The notes: generated from the sequence alone by a model not told the origin. DNA of 40,531 nucleotides from a bacterium (GCA_041946805.1 JBHGBC010000041.1:1-40531); one strand, 5' to 3'; shown: positions 30,299 through 40,472, numbered from the stretch's first letter. A program made the numbers and translations.

Positions 30299-30805
30299 AT
30301 GGACGGCCAGCAGCGGGAACCGGCCATTCGGTTTCGCCCCATCCGCCCAGAGGACGAAGCCTTTTTGTATCAGGTCTACGCCAGCACGCGCGCGGAAGAA
30401 CTGGCGCCGCTGGATTGGGACGCGGCGCAAAAGGAAGCCTTCTTGCGGATGCAGTTCCAGGCTCAGCACCGGCATTATCAAACGTATTTCGCAGAGGATG
30501 AGTTTCTGGTGATTCTTCAGGACAATCAACCCATCGGGCGGATGTATATCGGCCGGTGGGAAAAAGAAATCCGTTTGATCGATATCTCCCTGCTGCCGGA
30601 ATACCGCGGCCGCGGGATCGGGACAAGCCTCCTGCAGGATTTATTACGCGAGGGAGAAGCGTCCGGCAAACCGGTCCGGATTCATGTGGAACGATTCAAT
30701 CCCGCCCTGTGCCTCTATCAGCGGCTGGGATTCATCAAAATCGAGGATCGCGGTGTGTATGACCTGATGGAATGGACTCCCGGAAAGGATTCAGCCATCA
30801 GGTGA
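30299..30805 (+). CDS. GNAT-family N-acetyltransferase
   Basis: LYQVYASTRAEEL..W....KEAFLRMQF.AQ, DISLLPEYRGRGIGT, NPA..LYQRLGF. Confidence 0.92.
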   Translation: MDGQQREPAIRFRPIRPEDEAFLYQVYASTRAEELAPLDWDAAQKEAFLRMQFQAQHRHYQTYFAEDEFLVILQDNQPIGRMYIGRWEKEIRLIDISLLPEYRGRGIGTSLLQDLLREGEASGKPVRIHVERFNPALCLYQRLGFIKIEDRGVYDLMEWTPGKDSAIR

Positions 30806-31109
30806 AAATCGCTTCGTAAACGGTCCCTTCCGCACCGGAGCGGTGGGGGACAATAAACATCTCGAACGCGCCCAGGGCCGGGTGCTCGAACCGGTAGATC
30901 TTTTGCGGCAGGACCGGAGATTGTGGACCTCGAAAGTGTAAGGAGTATGGTTCGCGCCGGCCTGCGGCAGGTTGGCTGCCGGGACTTGCCCCGGTGAGGA
31001 TCTTAAACTGGACCAGTTCCAGATCCAGGGGGGAAGCCTCGTCCGGATAAACACGGAAGCGTTCCTGCATCAGAGGTAGAAAAGTAAACGTGGTAAAGGT
31101 CTCCAGCAT
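30798..31109 (-). CDS. DUF6916-like small beta protein typical of tail-collar clusters
   Basis: REPYSLHFRGP..PVLPQKIYRFEHPALGAFEMFIVP......YEAIF. Confidence 0.75.
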   Translation of the reverse strand: MLETFTTFTFLPLMQERFRVYPDEASPLDLELVQFKILTGASPGSQPAAGRREPYSLHFRGPQSPVLPQKIYRFEHPALGAFEMFIVPHRSGAEGTVYEAIFT

Positions 31110-31225
31110 AACCAGGCAACTCCTGCGGCAATGAGGTTTTAACTAACCATAATCCCGATATTTCTGACAGGTAAGCGGTGATCGCCTATTAAATCATGGC
31201 TGGGGATGGCTTGAGGATAAAGGCT

Positions 31226-34098
31226 ATGGCGAATCACAAGAAAAACGGCAACAAGTCCCTTGCGCGCGTGATATGGCTCCTGGGTTTTGGACTGGTCTTG
31301 ATGCTCATGTCTCGTCACGGATTGGCGGAACCTCCCGCCGATCCCAATCCCTTGGTGATGGGCAATCTACCGGCCGGCAAAGTTTTGGTTATTACTTACA
31401 AGGTCCAGATTCACTAGCCCCTGCTCACCCCGGCTTCCTCGATCATCCGCCAAGGAACAGTCACGGGTACTTTGCTCGATGGACATTCCACGCCTTTGTC
31501 GCGCCTGACCGATGATCCCAATTCCCAATTGTTCGCGGATGCCACGGTCATGTCCTTGACACAAAATTCACCCCCCGTGGCCCACACGGATGCCATCTCC
31601 ACCGATGAAGACGCCTCCGTGCCCATCACCCTCACCGGGTCGGATATCGAAAATGATCCGCTGACTTTCACCGTGGTGGACAATCCCGTCCAGGGGACGC
31701 TGAGCGGCACGCCCCCGGATTTGACCTATTCGCCTAACACGGACTACCACGGCCCGGATTCGTTCACCTTCCAAGTGAACGACGGGACCATCGACAGCCC
31801 CACCGCCACGGTCACCATCACCGTCAATCCCGTGAACGATGTTCCGATAGCCGAGAGCCAGGATATCCGGGCCCTGGCTGGCGTGGCGCTACCGATTATT
31901 CTGCATGGCACGGATGTGGATGTAGGAGACTTTATCAACTTCCAGATCGTTCAAAATCCCGTGCATGGCGTGCTCCAGTCATGGGATCCGGTGGCGCGTT
32001 CGGTTTGGTACCTGGCCGATAGCCATTTTGAGGGACAAGACGCGTTTGTGTTTTCGGTGAGCGATGGACACTTGATTTCCATGGCGACCATCACCTTGTT
32101 CGTGGAACAGGTGGTACCAACAGCCACCTCCACTCCAACGCCGACCGATACGCCCGTGCCGCCGACTTTCACGCCCATGTTGCCGTCGCCCACTCCAACG
32201 GCCACGGCCACTCCAACGTCGATTCCTACACTGCCTCCAACATCGACACCCACGTTGACGCCGACGGAGGATTCCATCCCCACGTTTACACCAACTTCCA
32301 CGCCGACGTTCACGAACACCCCTCAGCCCATGACACCGACCTTCGCGCCCACTCCGACCGCCACAGCCAACACAACACCAACATCGACTCCTACCCTGAC
32401 ACCGTTGCAAACGTCGACGCCGACGTCAACACGCATATGGACACCGACGTGGACGCCTATTTCAACTCCCACGCCGACATTCACATCGATTCCCACATCC
32501 ACACCCACCGCCACCCCTACGGTCACGCCCACTCCCAGCCCCACACCGGTTGTCATTACCCTCCCGGAAAACACCGTTGAAGTGTTCGATGATCTGTTCA
32601 GCACCATTCCCCTGATTGGATTAACCGATTTCGATCCGCTCGAGGACCGGCAATTGGTGGTCCGTTGGCACTATGCCGGCAATTCACCGATTACCGATTG
32701 GCATGTGTATGTCCGAAAAGGGGACGGAGGGTATTTCTACCTGGGGCACACGGATTCGGGGGACAACCGCCGCTGGACTTGGGTGGATCCGGACTTCAAC
32801 ACGCAATATCAATTCCAGGTTTGGGGATTGTATAAGAACGAAGCGGGCCGCCTCCATATGATTGTCCTCAGCCAGCCGGGGCCGATGGGCTACAACCTGG
32901 AGGGCGGGAAAACGATCCAACTCAAGAATATCAGCAATCCCACCAGCCTGCCGCCGGGGACGGCCAAAGTGGTGGACGATTTATTCCACACCCGGGACCT
33001 CAGTGGCGGAACCGACACCGACTTCCCCCTCCACCGCGCGCTGGCCTTGAAATTCAATCCCGGAGCCGGCGCGTTCCTGAACACGCACGTTTACATCAGC
33101 ACCAACGGGGTGAATTACACGTACTTGGGCCAGACCGGCGCTGCGGACCTGGCCTATTTCCGCTTTGACGCCAATGATACCTTCTCTCTCAATCCATCTT
33201 GGCAAAATGGTCCGCAGGACGGGCTGACCTACTGGTTCCGCGTGTTCGCTCTGAAGGCCGAGGGGGGATCGGTCCGCATGGAAACAGGCCCGGTGGCCTA
33301 TTCTCTGGACACCCCGCCCGCAGTTTCCGCGCCGGTCGAAGTGTAGATGACGAGGCGAGTCTGGAACCGTTGACCAGCCGGACCGATTTCGACGAACTAG
33401 ACAACCGCCGCTTGACACTCCGCTGGGAATATGACGGAGGCCTGCCCATGGCCGATTGGCATATTTATGTCCAGAAAGGCCATGGGGGATACTTTTATCT
33501 GGGCCGGACCGGCGAGGGCTCTTCGCGGATGTTCACCTGGCTGAATCCGGACGTCAACGCACAATATCAATTTCGCGTTTGATGATTGTATCCCAGCGAA
33601 ACAGGCCAACTCCGCATGCTCGTTCTCAGCCAGGCCGGCCCCCTGGGATACAACCTGGAAGGCGGTCAGCCCATCGCGCTGAAGAAAATCGCCAATCCGG
33701 ATGATATTCCGGCCAGAACGCTCTGGGTGACGGACGATTTGTATCACCAGGCGGACCTGAGCAGAGGCGTGGATACCGACTCCGCCGCAAAGCGGGCCTT
33801 GGCGTTGAAGTGGAATCCGGGGGACAGCCTCTTCCTCAACGCGCATATCTACGCCAGTACGGATGGCCAGAATTTCACGTATCTGGGCCAGACGGGCGCG
33901 TATGATCTGAACTATTTCCGGTTTGATGCCAACGACACCTTCTCGCTTAATCCCGCTTGGCGGAACGGTCCGCAGGACGGCGTCACCTACTGGTTCCGCG
34001 TCGTCGTTCCGAAGGCGGAAGGTAGCTTAACGCGCCTGGACACCGGCCCGGTCCGATTCGAAGTTACCGCGTATGATCAAAACACACTCCCAAAATAA
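31226..34098 (+). pseudogene. Secreted protein (half DUF11-like domain, two Big_9-like Ig domains, Pro/Thr linker, duplicated C-terminal module), inactivated
   Basis: Signal peptide at 31226. In-frame TAG at 31415-7, 1-nt frameshift near 33345, and TGA TGA at 33580-5 where the first module copy has TGG GGA (W-G). Confidence 0.85.
32116..32550 (+). repeat. Pro/Thr-rich (PT)n low-complexity linker
   Basis: About 145 aa of [14 protein letters not shown] repeats with varied codons. Confidence 0.9.
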
Positions 34099-34113
34099 CA
34101 TTGACTCGATGAC

Positions 34114-34750
34114 TCAGCGAAAGGGGAACTGGCGTCCTATGGCTCCATAAGCGATGGGAAGATGGGGAAGAAGAAACTGGTGATCGGCCTGTTGTGCGGC
34201 GAGAAGGGGGATCCTGTTTCCACCGAAGTGATCACCGGCAACACATCCGCGGGCCTGTGTGACCCAGGCGTTGCAGCGGGTGCGCGCCTGGATCGCGAAA
34301 CTCCAGGGGAACGCCTGGCCCAAGGCCGTTGCACGGGACCGGATGATCACCTAGGAGCGGGACGAAGCGGCGTATGCTGAGAAGACCCGCCTGTACGGGT
34401 GTTACGTGATCAAAAACGAATTGCCAGCCGCAGTAGCGGAAGCCTGGCACGTGTATGACCGTTATCGGAATTTGGCCGAAGTGAAGCGGACGTCTCGGGC
34501 GTGCAAGAACGCGCATTGGGATGTCTGGTAGGTGTTCGAGAGCACCGAGGCCAGCACCTGCAGCCACATACTAGTAGTGATACTGGTATATCGGATCGTG
34601 CGCGCCTTGCGGCAGGCCTGGGCGGCTTTCGAACTTACCGTGGAGGAAGGGCTGAAGCAATTGGCCACCCTGTGTTCGATGGAGAAACACGTTTCGGGTC
34701 AAGCCGCGTGTCGGAAGCCACCCTCGCTGTGTGAGGAATCGCTACGACTC
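34114..34750 (+). mobile_element. IS1634-family transposase remnant with a large internal deletion
   Basis: ELASYG...DGK.GKKKLVIGLLC...GDPVS.EV..GNT, then GCYVIK.ELP.......V.DRY..LAEV, then H..VV.L.YRI...L..AW....TVEEGL..LATLC. Confidence 0.75.
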
Positions 34751-34751
34751 C

Positions 34752-34960
34752 TCGCGGTGCTGATCCGCAAGATCATGTACGGCAACCGCAGCGATCAGGG
34801 CGCGTTGCCCCAAGGGGTGTTGATAACCGTTTTTCCGCACCTTGAAACGATGCGGGTACAATCCCATCGCGATCCTTGTGGCCTCCCTGCGGGAATACGT
34901 CCGCACCGGGCACCTGCCGCCTTTCCCACCAGTTAACACTTCAGAAGAGTGACCTGTTAC
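34752..34960 (+). mobile_element. IS66-family 3' remnant with right end
   Basis: AVLIRKIMYGNRSDQGA..QGVLITVF C-terminal motif; ends GTGACCTGTTAC (IS66 ends read GTAA inward). Confidence 0.7.
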
Positions 34961-34977
34961 AGAAGGAGAATCAACAG

Positions 34978-35056
34978 GAGCCGTATACGAAGCCTGTACG
35001 TACGGTTCTGTGAGAGGGATGAGGGAGTGTCCGCTACACTCCTCACCCTACTCGAT
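34978..35056 (+). ncRNA. Group II intron 3' remnant (domains V and VI)
   Basis: DV GAGCCGTATACG-AAGCCT-GTACGTACGGTTC with AGC triad; DVI GGGATGAGGGAGTGT..ACACTCCTCACCCT-A-CTCGAT with bulged A (35050) and a terminal AT. Confidence 0.85.
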
Positions 35057-35125
35057 AAACGCGGTTGCGGTTGAAAATGCACGGACTTTTAATACGGCTC
35101 TACTAAAACATGAGCGGGTATCAAT

Positions 35126-37456
35126 TCACCACTGCGCTGGAAGAAATTGTTCCACGTTTTCCAGGGTGATGATGGCAATCGGTAAATAGCGGATGGGTTC
35201 GATGGGCTTGCCGTAGAACCAATCCGCGGCCAGTTTCATGGGAATCGCGCCGTCGGCTTCGGGCGATTGATAAGTGATTGCATGCAAGCGTCCTTCCTTG
35301 ACGAAATCCATGCCCACTTTACTGTTCCCGGCGGCTATCCGAATGATGTCTTCCCGATTGGCGTTCTTGACCGCTTCGTTGACACCCACTTGCGATCCCG
35401 AATCGTCCGCGCAGCTGATTCCCTTGAGTTCCGAACCGAAGCGGGTGATCCAGCCGGAGACGATATCCTTGGCTTTCTCCGATTCGAGTTCGGCGGTCTG
35501 CATGGCGAGAAATTTCATCTTGGGGGCGATCTTCTTCAATTCGGTAATCACCGACCAGGTACGCGAGAAGAAGGGGGAACTGCCGGGGCGGTGTTGGATG
35601 ATGCAATATCCCCCCTCATAATTCATCCGTTTGGCAAATTCATGCGTCAGCAACCGGAACTGCTGCCAGTCGTCCGGCCCTGTCCAGGCCAGCAGATATT
35701 TGTGCGACTCCGGCGACGTTAACAGGTTGATGGCGATCGTGGGTATCCCCGCTTCATTCAGTTTTCGAAACAGAGGCGTACACGCTTTGGCGTCCACCGG
35801 ACTGATGATAACCAGATCGGGGCGTTCGTTGATGACTTGTTCTACTTGTTGATTTTGGATGTTGATGTCATTGTTGGCCGTTTTGTATTTCATTTGTATG
35901 CCGTATACCTGGGCGACCTTTTCCATGCCTCGAGCCACCGCGGTGTGGTAGGGATGATCGATGGCTCTTAGATAGATGACGGTTTTTCCATGCGGTCCAC
36001 CGCCAGGTGATTTGGGTATATTGACTTTGGTGACTCCCCACCCGGAATATTCCATATCGTACCAACGGAGCGGATCGTCTTCGGGCAGTTGATCTGGATT
36101 CTCCGGACGCGGGGGAATCGGTTTGGTTGATGGAGGAAGTATCAACGGTTGGCCGTCAAGGGATTTCAGGCTGGCAATCATCCGATCTTCGGCTTCTTCG
36201 GTAGATATTGCTTCGGACACTGTCCCGATTTTTCCAGGCTCCGTTAATGCCGAAGTGTTCGCGGTTGGTTTGGATGGCGCCATTCCCTCCGGATAAACAT
36301 AACGAACATTCTGCGATTGCAGACCGGCGAAATACATGGCGAAGATCGCGGTGATGGCGACGCATCCCACAACGCCCACGGTAGCCAGCGCGAAAGTCAT
36401 TGTATCTTTTCGATCCATTTTGGTATCCCATTCGTTTGAGTTTTCGTTTTTCCGCATTGCATTCCACTCGTCCAACAACTCGTGGCGGTGTCCGCGCAGA
36501 ATTCTCTGCCGGGCCGCCGCGCGCGCGTCAAATAGAACGATAGCCGCCAAAACAACGCCGCTGGCGATCTTTCGAATTTCCCATCCAGCCCCCAAGCATT
36601 CCAAACCATTATAGAGCATGGTCAGCGCGATCAATGCGACCATGCTTTTTACTACACTGCCCCGGCCTCCGGTCATGGACGTTCCGCCGATGATCACCGC
36701 CGCGACTACTTCCATTAACGAATTGTTGCCCATCGTTGGCATTGCCGAATTGATGCCGATGCCAAATAAAACGCCTCCCAGGCATGCAAGAAAGCCGGAT
36801 ATCACAAACGCGCCGATGATATAATGATCGACCGGCAGCCCGGCGTTCCATGCGGTTGTAGGATTCCCACCGACGAGGTAGATATTTCTCCCCACATGAG
36901 TATATAAAAGTAGAAATTCCGCCATAAAAAGCAATAAAACCGTAATGAAAACGCGGGGTGATAGCAGCGGAAGAAAGGGTGTTTCCATCCAGGTTCCGAA
37001 TTGAAAACTGTCCAGTGTCAGGGTTCCGCCGTGACAAAACATATAGATCAACCCTTGGGTGATTGTCATTGTTCCCAGAGTCGCGATAAACGAGTCAACT
37101 TTCACTTTGGCGACCAGGACGCCATTGATCAATCCAACGGTTATTCCACAAAGCAAAGCCGCCAGAATGCTTCCCTCCCACCCCCAATGGGGTTGCAGTC
37201 CGATGGCCATCATCCCGCCCAGGGTCAGATTGGTTCCGATGGAAAGATCCAACTGGCCGCCGATCATGACAATCGTGAAGCCAATCGCGGCGGGCATGCT
37301 CAAACTCATTCCTTTCAAAATAGTGGTTTGATTGGGAAGGGTGAAAAAATGAGGAGCGATGCACGCCATGCATGAGAAAACCAGCAGCAGCAGAACATAG
37401 ATGCGATTTTCGCTAATCCATCGTTGAAGGGCGCCGGCGCGAGTCGAATCAGGCAT
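35126..37456 (-). CDS. Sugar ABC transporter: RbsC-like permease fused to an RbsB-like substrate-binding domain
   Basis: Permease motifs (GQLDLSIG, FIATLGTM, GRNIYLVGGN, AAVIIGGTSMTGGRG), an extra TM helix, then a periplasmic binding fold (PDLVIISPVD, AGIPTIAIN). Start placed at ATG 37456, overlapping the upstream stop. Confidence 0.88.
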   Translation of the reverse strand: MPDSTRAGALQRWISENRIYVLLLLVFSCMACIAPHFFTLPNQTTILKGMSLSMPAAIGFTIVMIGGQLDLSIGTNLTLGGMMAIGLQPHWGWEGSILAALLCGITVGLINGVLVAKVKVDSFIATLGTMTITQGLIYMFCHGGTLTLDSFQFGTWMETPFLPLLSPRVFITVLLLFMAEFLLLYTHVGRNIYLVGGNPTTAWNAGLPVDHYIIGAFVISGFLACLGGVLFGIGINSAMPTMGNNSLMEVVAAVIIGGTSMTGGRGSVVKSMVALIALTMLYNGLECLGAGWEIRKIASGVVLAAIVLFDARAAARQRILRGHRHELLDEWNAMRKNENSNEWDTKMDRKDTMTFALATVGVVGCVAITAIFAMYFAGLQSQNVRYVYPEGMAPSKPTANTSALTEPGKIGTVSEAISTEEAEDRMIASLKSLDGQPLILPPSTKPIPPRPENPDQLPEDDPLRWYDMEYSGWGVTKVNIPKSPGGGPHGKTVIYLRAIDHPYHTAVARGMEKVAQVYGIQMKYKTANNDINIQNQQVEQVINERPDLVIISPVDAKACTPLFRKLNEAGIPTIAINLLTSPESHKYLLAWTGPDDWQQFRLLTHEFAKRMNYEGGYCIIQHRPGSSPFFSRTWSVITELKKIAPKMKFLAMQTAELESEKAKDIVSGWITRFGSELKGISCADDSGSQVGVNEAVKNANREDIIRIAAGNSKVGMDFVKEGRLHAITYQSPEADGAIPMKLAADWFYGKPIEPIRYLPIAIITLENVEQFLPAQW

Positions 37457-38465
37457 GGATCCTCCCGGATTTTTGGGCGAATCCCGTTGTCGCCCCAACG
37501 ACGGCAATAAATACAATTCCCTTCACCACCATTTGAGTGAATGAATCCAATCCCGCCAGAGTCATCAAATTCAACAGCGCACCGATGATCAGCACGCCCC
37601 CCAGCATATCAAAAATCGAGCCTTGCCCGCCGGATAAATTCACGCCGCCCAGAACCACGGCGGTGATGGCGTTGAACTCGTACCCCAGACCGGTGTCGAA
37701 GGTTCCTTGTTTGTTCATGGAGGTTAAGAGGAGTCCTGCGATGGTTGTCGTGCAGGAAGATAACAGAAATGTGAGTAAGACCGTTTTCTGAACGTCGACG
37801 CCGCTCAACCGCGCCGCTTCATACGAGGCGCCGGTCAATTGAACCTGCGATCCAAACCGGGTCCGTTTCATGCACCATTGTCCAAGGATAACGAGAATCA
37901 GCATGACGGTTGTGGGGAAGGGAAAGAATCCCCCGATTTCGTACTGTGAAAGATTGAGAAAAAATGCTCCCGCGGAGGTGTCTCGATCCGGATAAATCTG
38001 ATGTCCGCGATACATCCAACGCAGAAATCCATCCAGCATAAATACCATCGCCAATGTCCACACAATCGGATTCACGCGCCCGTATCCGATGACATAGCCA
38101 TTGATGAGGCCTACGCTCATGCCCGCCAGCAGTCCGCAAATCAAACTGGCGGCAATTCCCCAGGGCTGAGCGGAAAGTGCCGCCAATCCGGAAAACGCCA
38201 TAATCGAAGGAATGGAGAGATCGATGTAATGCTTGCTGTATGTGATAAACGCCACGCCGGTGGAGACAATCCCCAGCAAAGTAACGTTGCGAAGAATATT
38301 CAGCAGATTTTCGTGAGTGGCAAACTGGGTAGAAAACAGAACTCCGACCATCATAAGCAGGAACAGCATGGCGTAAATGCCGAGGCGGTGCAGAATCCGG
38401 TTGAGAAGAGGGATTCGTAGTTTGCGTCCGCCGATCCGGGTTGAAGGGCTGGCGGGCGTAGTCAT
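37449..38465 (-). CDS. Sugar ABC transporter permease (RbsC family)
   Basis: IDLSI, TRFG......G.SYEAARLSGV, GYEFNAITAVVLGGVNLSGGQG. Confidence 0.93.
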   Translation of the reverse strand: MTTPASPSTRIGGRKLRIPLLNRILHRLGIYAMLFLLMMVGVLFSTQFATHENLLNILRNVTLLGIVSTGVAFITYSKHYIDLSIPSIMAFSGLAALSAQPWGIAASLICGLLAGMSVGLINGYVIGYGRVNPIVWTLAMVFMLDGFLRWMYRGHQIYPDRDTSAGAFFLNLSQYEIGGFFPFPTTVMLILVILGQWCMKRTRFGSQVQLTGASYEAARLSGVDVQKTVLLTFLLSSCTTTIAGLLLTSMNKQGTFDTGLGYEFNAITAVVLGGVNLSGGQGSIFDMLGGVLIIGALLNLMTLAGLDSFTQMVVKGIVFIAVVGATTGFAQKSGRIHA

Positions 38466-39982
38466 CCTTCACCATTAGCCGCCAACAGAACAGCATCCTC
38501 GGAAAATTCATGTTTTCGCATTTCGCGGATTATTCGCCCTTTGCGCAGGATTGCGATCCGATCCGATAAACTCACCAGTTCGGGCAAATCCGAGGAAATC
38601 AGCAGGACGCATTTACCCCGGTCGGCCAATAGGCAGATCGCTTCATGAATCACCTGTTTTGCGACGATATCCACGCCGCGTGTCGGTTCGTCGAGAATGC
38701 AAACCTCCGGTGCAGTTGTCAGCCATTTGGCGAGCAGCACTTTTTGTTGGTTTCCTCCGGAAAACTGATTGACCGGCCGCTCCGGTTCCGGCGGATAAAT
38801 CTGCAGTCCGATGGCGGATTCCTCGAAGGCAGCACGTCCATTTTTCCCGGAAATAAATCGGGATGTTTTGGCGATCAGGGCGGAAAGCAGGTTCTCCTGG
38901 GCGGAAAGTTGCAAGGCCAAGCCTTCCCGTTTTCGATCCTCGCACAGGTACGCCAAACCAGCACGCAGGGTGGTTTGCCAATCGCATGGATCGATTTCGT
39001 TGCCGTCCAAAAATAGTCTTCCGGCATCGAGAGGATCGATGCCGCAGAGGCTGCGCGCCAATTCACTGCGACCCGCGCCGGTTAAGCCGCCCAATCCTAG
39101 AATCTCCCCTTCCCGGATTGTGAAACTCACATCATGGAAAAATCCAAAGCGGCTGCATCGTTCCACGCGGAAACGGGGCGGTCCCGGTTGACGGCGGCGT
39201 TGTACCACGAACTCGCCGATTTTGCGTCCTACCATCAGTTCCGCGAGTTGCTGCGGCACCGCTTCCTGGATGGGCAACGTCGTCACCTTTTTTCCATCCC
39301 GCATCACCGTGATGCGATCGGCGATTTGCATGATTTCCGGCAGGTGATGGGAAATGTATACAATGGCCAGACCCTGCTGGCGGAGTTGGCGTACGATCGC
39401 AAACAGCCGTTCCACCTCGTCGCGGCTTAAGGCAGAGGTTGGTTCATCCATGATCAATATACAAGGCCGGTTCCCCAGTGCTTTGGCGATCTCCACCAAT
39501 TGCGCTTCATGCTGGCTGATCTCGGAGACGGGCAGTGCTGGGTTGCGATTCAAACCCACCTGTTTCAACAACCGTTCGGCTTCCGTCCGCAACGCCGTTC
39601 GATCGAGAAAACCACGGTTTCCCGGCAATCGTCCCGCCAGCAAATTTTCGGCGATAGAGAGTGGCAGAGCGAGGCTGAGTTCCTGGTGGATCATGGCGAT
39701 GCCGTTGGCCTTGGCGTTCGCGGGGGAATGAAGGGCGATCTCTTTTCCGTTAAGGAAAATTTGGCCGGTATAATCGCTGTACGCGCCGCGGATGATATTC
39801 ATCAATGTGCTTTTGCCCGCGCCATTTTCGCCGATCAAAGCATGGATTTCCCCCGAATAAATCGTCAAATCGACGCAATCGACAGCCAGGGTGCCGGGAT
39901 ACCTTTTCGATACGCCCTGTAATTCCAACGCAATTCCAATCCCACTCATTATGATAATCCGGTCAACAGTTTTAAGGTTCAT
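38462..39982 (-). CDS. Sugar ABC transporter ATP-binding protein (RbsA/MglA type, two NBDs)
   Basis: GENGAGKST, MDEPTSAL, YISH, FSGGNQQKVLLAKWL, LDEPTRGVD, ISSDLPE. Start may be about 11 codons later. Confidence 0.95.
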   Translation of the reverse strand: MNLKTVDRIIIMSGIGIALELQGVSKRYPGTLAVDCVDLTIYSGEIHALIGENGAGKSTLMNIIRGAYSDYTGQIFLNGKEIALHSPANAKANGIAMIHQELSLALPLSIAENLLAGRLPGNRGFLDRTALRTEAERLLKQVGLNRNPALPVSEISQHEAQLVEIAKALGNRPCILIMDEPTSALSRDEVERLFAIVRQLRQQGLAIVYISHHLPEIMQIADRITVMRDGKKVTTLPIQEAVPQQLAELMVGRKIGEFVVQRRRQPGPPRFRVERCSRFGFFHDVSFTIREGEILGLGGLTGAGRSELARSLCGIDPLDAGRLFLDGNEIDPCDWQTTLRAGLAYLCEDRKREGLALQLSAQENLLSALIAKTSRFISGKNGRAAFEESAIGLQIYPPEPERPVNQFSGGNQQKVLLAKWLTTAPEVCILDEPTRGVDIVAKQVIHEAICLLADRGKCVLLISSDLPELVSLSDRIAILRKGRIIREMRKHEFSEDAVLLAANGEG

Positions 39983-40060
39983 CCGACAAGTGCGTACTTT
40001 TCATCCAGCATGTCCGGTCGCTCTTCAATCGGGCTGGCCGGGGGGATCAACCCCCTAATC

Positions 40061-40126
40061 CCCTCTCCCTCCGGGAGAGGGACAGGGTGAGGGAATTTTT
40101 GGTGGGGCGGACCTTGGTGTCCGCCC
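40061..40126 (-). repeat. REP-like repeat copy 3 plus an adjacent second palindrome
   Basis: 40061-40098 differs from 10043-10080 at 2 of 38 positions. GGGCGGAC-CTTGGT-GTCCGCCC hairpin at 40105-40126. Confidence 0.8.
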
Positions 40127-40310
40127 GAATCATCGAGTAAAGGGAATGCCTTTTTCACCAGCAGGTACGCACTTGTCGGATGAGCCAGTTTTAATATTAT
40201 ATGTGCATAACTATCTATTGTGGCGCAGACATCATGCCTGCAATACGGTTTGTGCAGGCTGGAAGCCCGCACCCCAAAGAAATCACTTTTACCGGTTTGT
40301 CTATTATAAA

Positions 40311-40472
40311 TCAATTGCAGTGACACACTTCCTCCCTGCTCGACCACCATTCCCCTTCCGAACGAGTGTCCAACGGTTTTTGGCAGTGTGAGCAGAAAGA
40401 CCACCATTTCCGGGTGCCGGGATCAGCGGCCATTTTATCCACATCGGCCAGGAAATCTTCGCCGGTATATTC
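40311..40472 (-). pseudogene. C-terminal half of an L-rhamnose mutarotase (RhaM)-family protein
   Basis: Manual translation EYTGEDFLADVDKMAADPGTRKWWSFCSHCQKPLDTRSEGEWWSSREEVCHCN*. Upstream codons are non-homologous and hit an in-frame TAA at 40518-20. Confidence 0.8.

Noticed and set aside
25251..34098. Stop-codon reassignment or programmed readthrough explaining the in-frame stops
   Set aside because: All three stop types occur (TAA, TAG, TGA), together with frameshifts and a deletion, and TGA replaces both Trp and Gly codons. This is ordinary pseudogene decay or assembly error, not a code change.
23966..34960. IS66 composite transposon carrying the surface-protein cluster
   Set aside because: The candidate ends match only 9/12 (GTAACTATTCAC versus GTAACAGGTCAC) and the flanks (CCAATCTA / AGAAGGAG) show no 8-bp target duplication. 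Possible but unsupported.
32570..35056. Diversity-generating retroelement (repeat pair plus retroelement trace)
   Set aside because: No reverse transcriptase gene, and the duplicated modules differ at all base types rather than only at adenines.
39979..40407. 142-aa ORF upstream of the ABC ATPase
   Set aside because: Runs through REP palindromes and overlaps the rhaM-like remnant in another frame; likely spurious.
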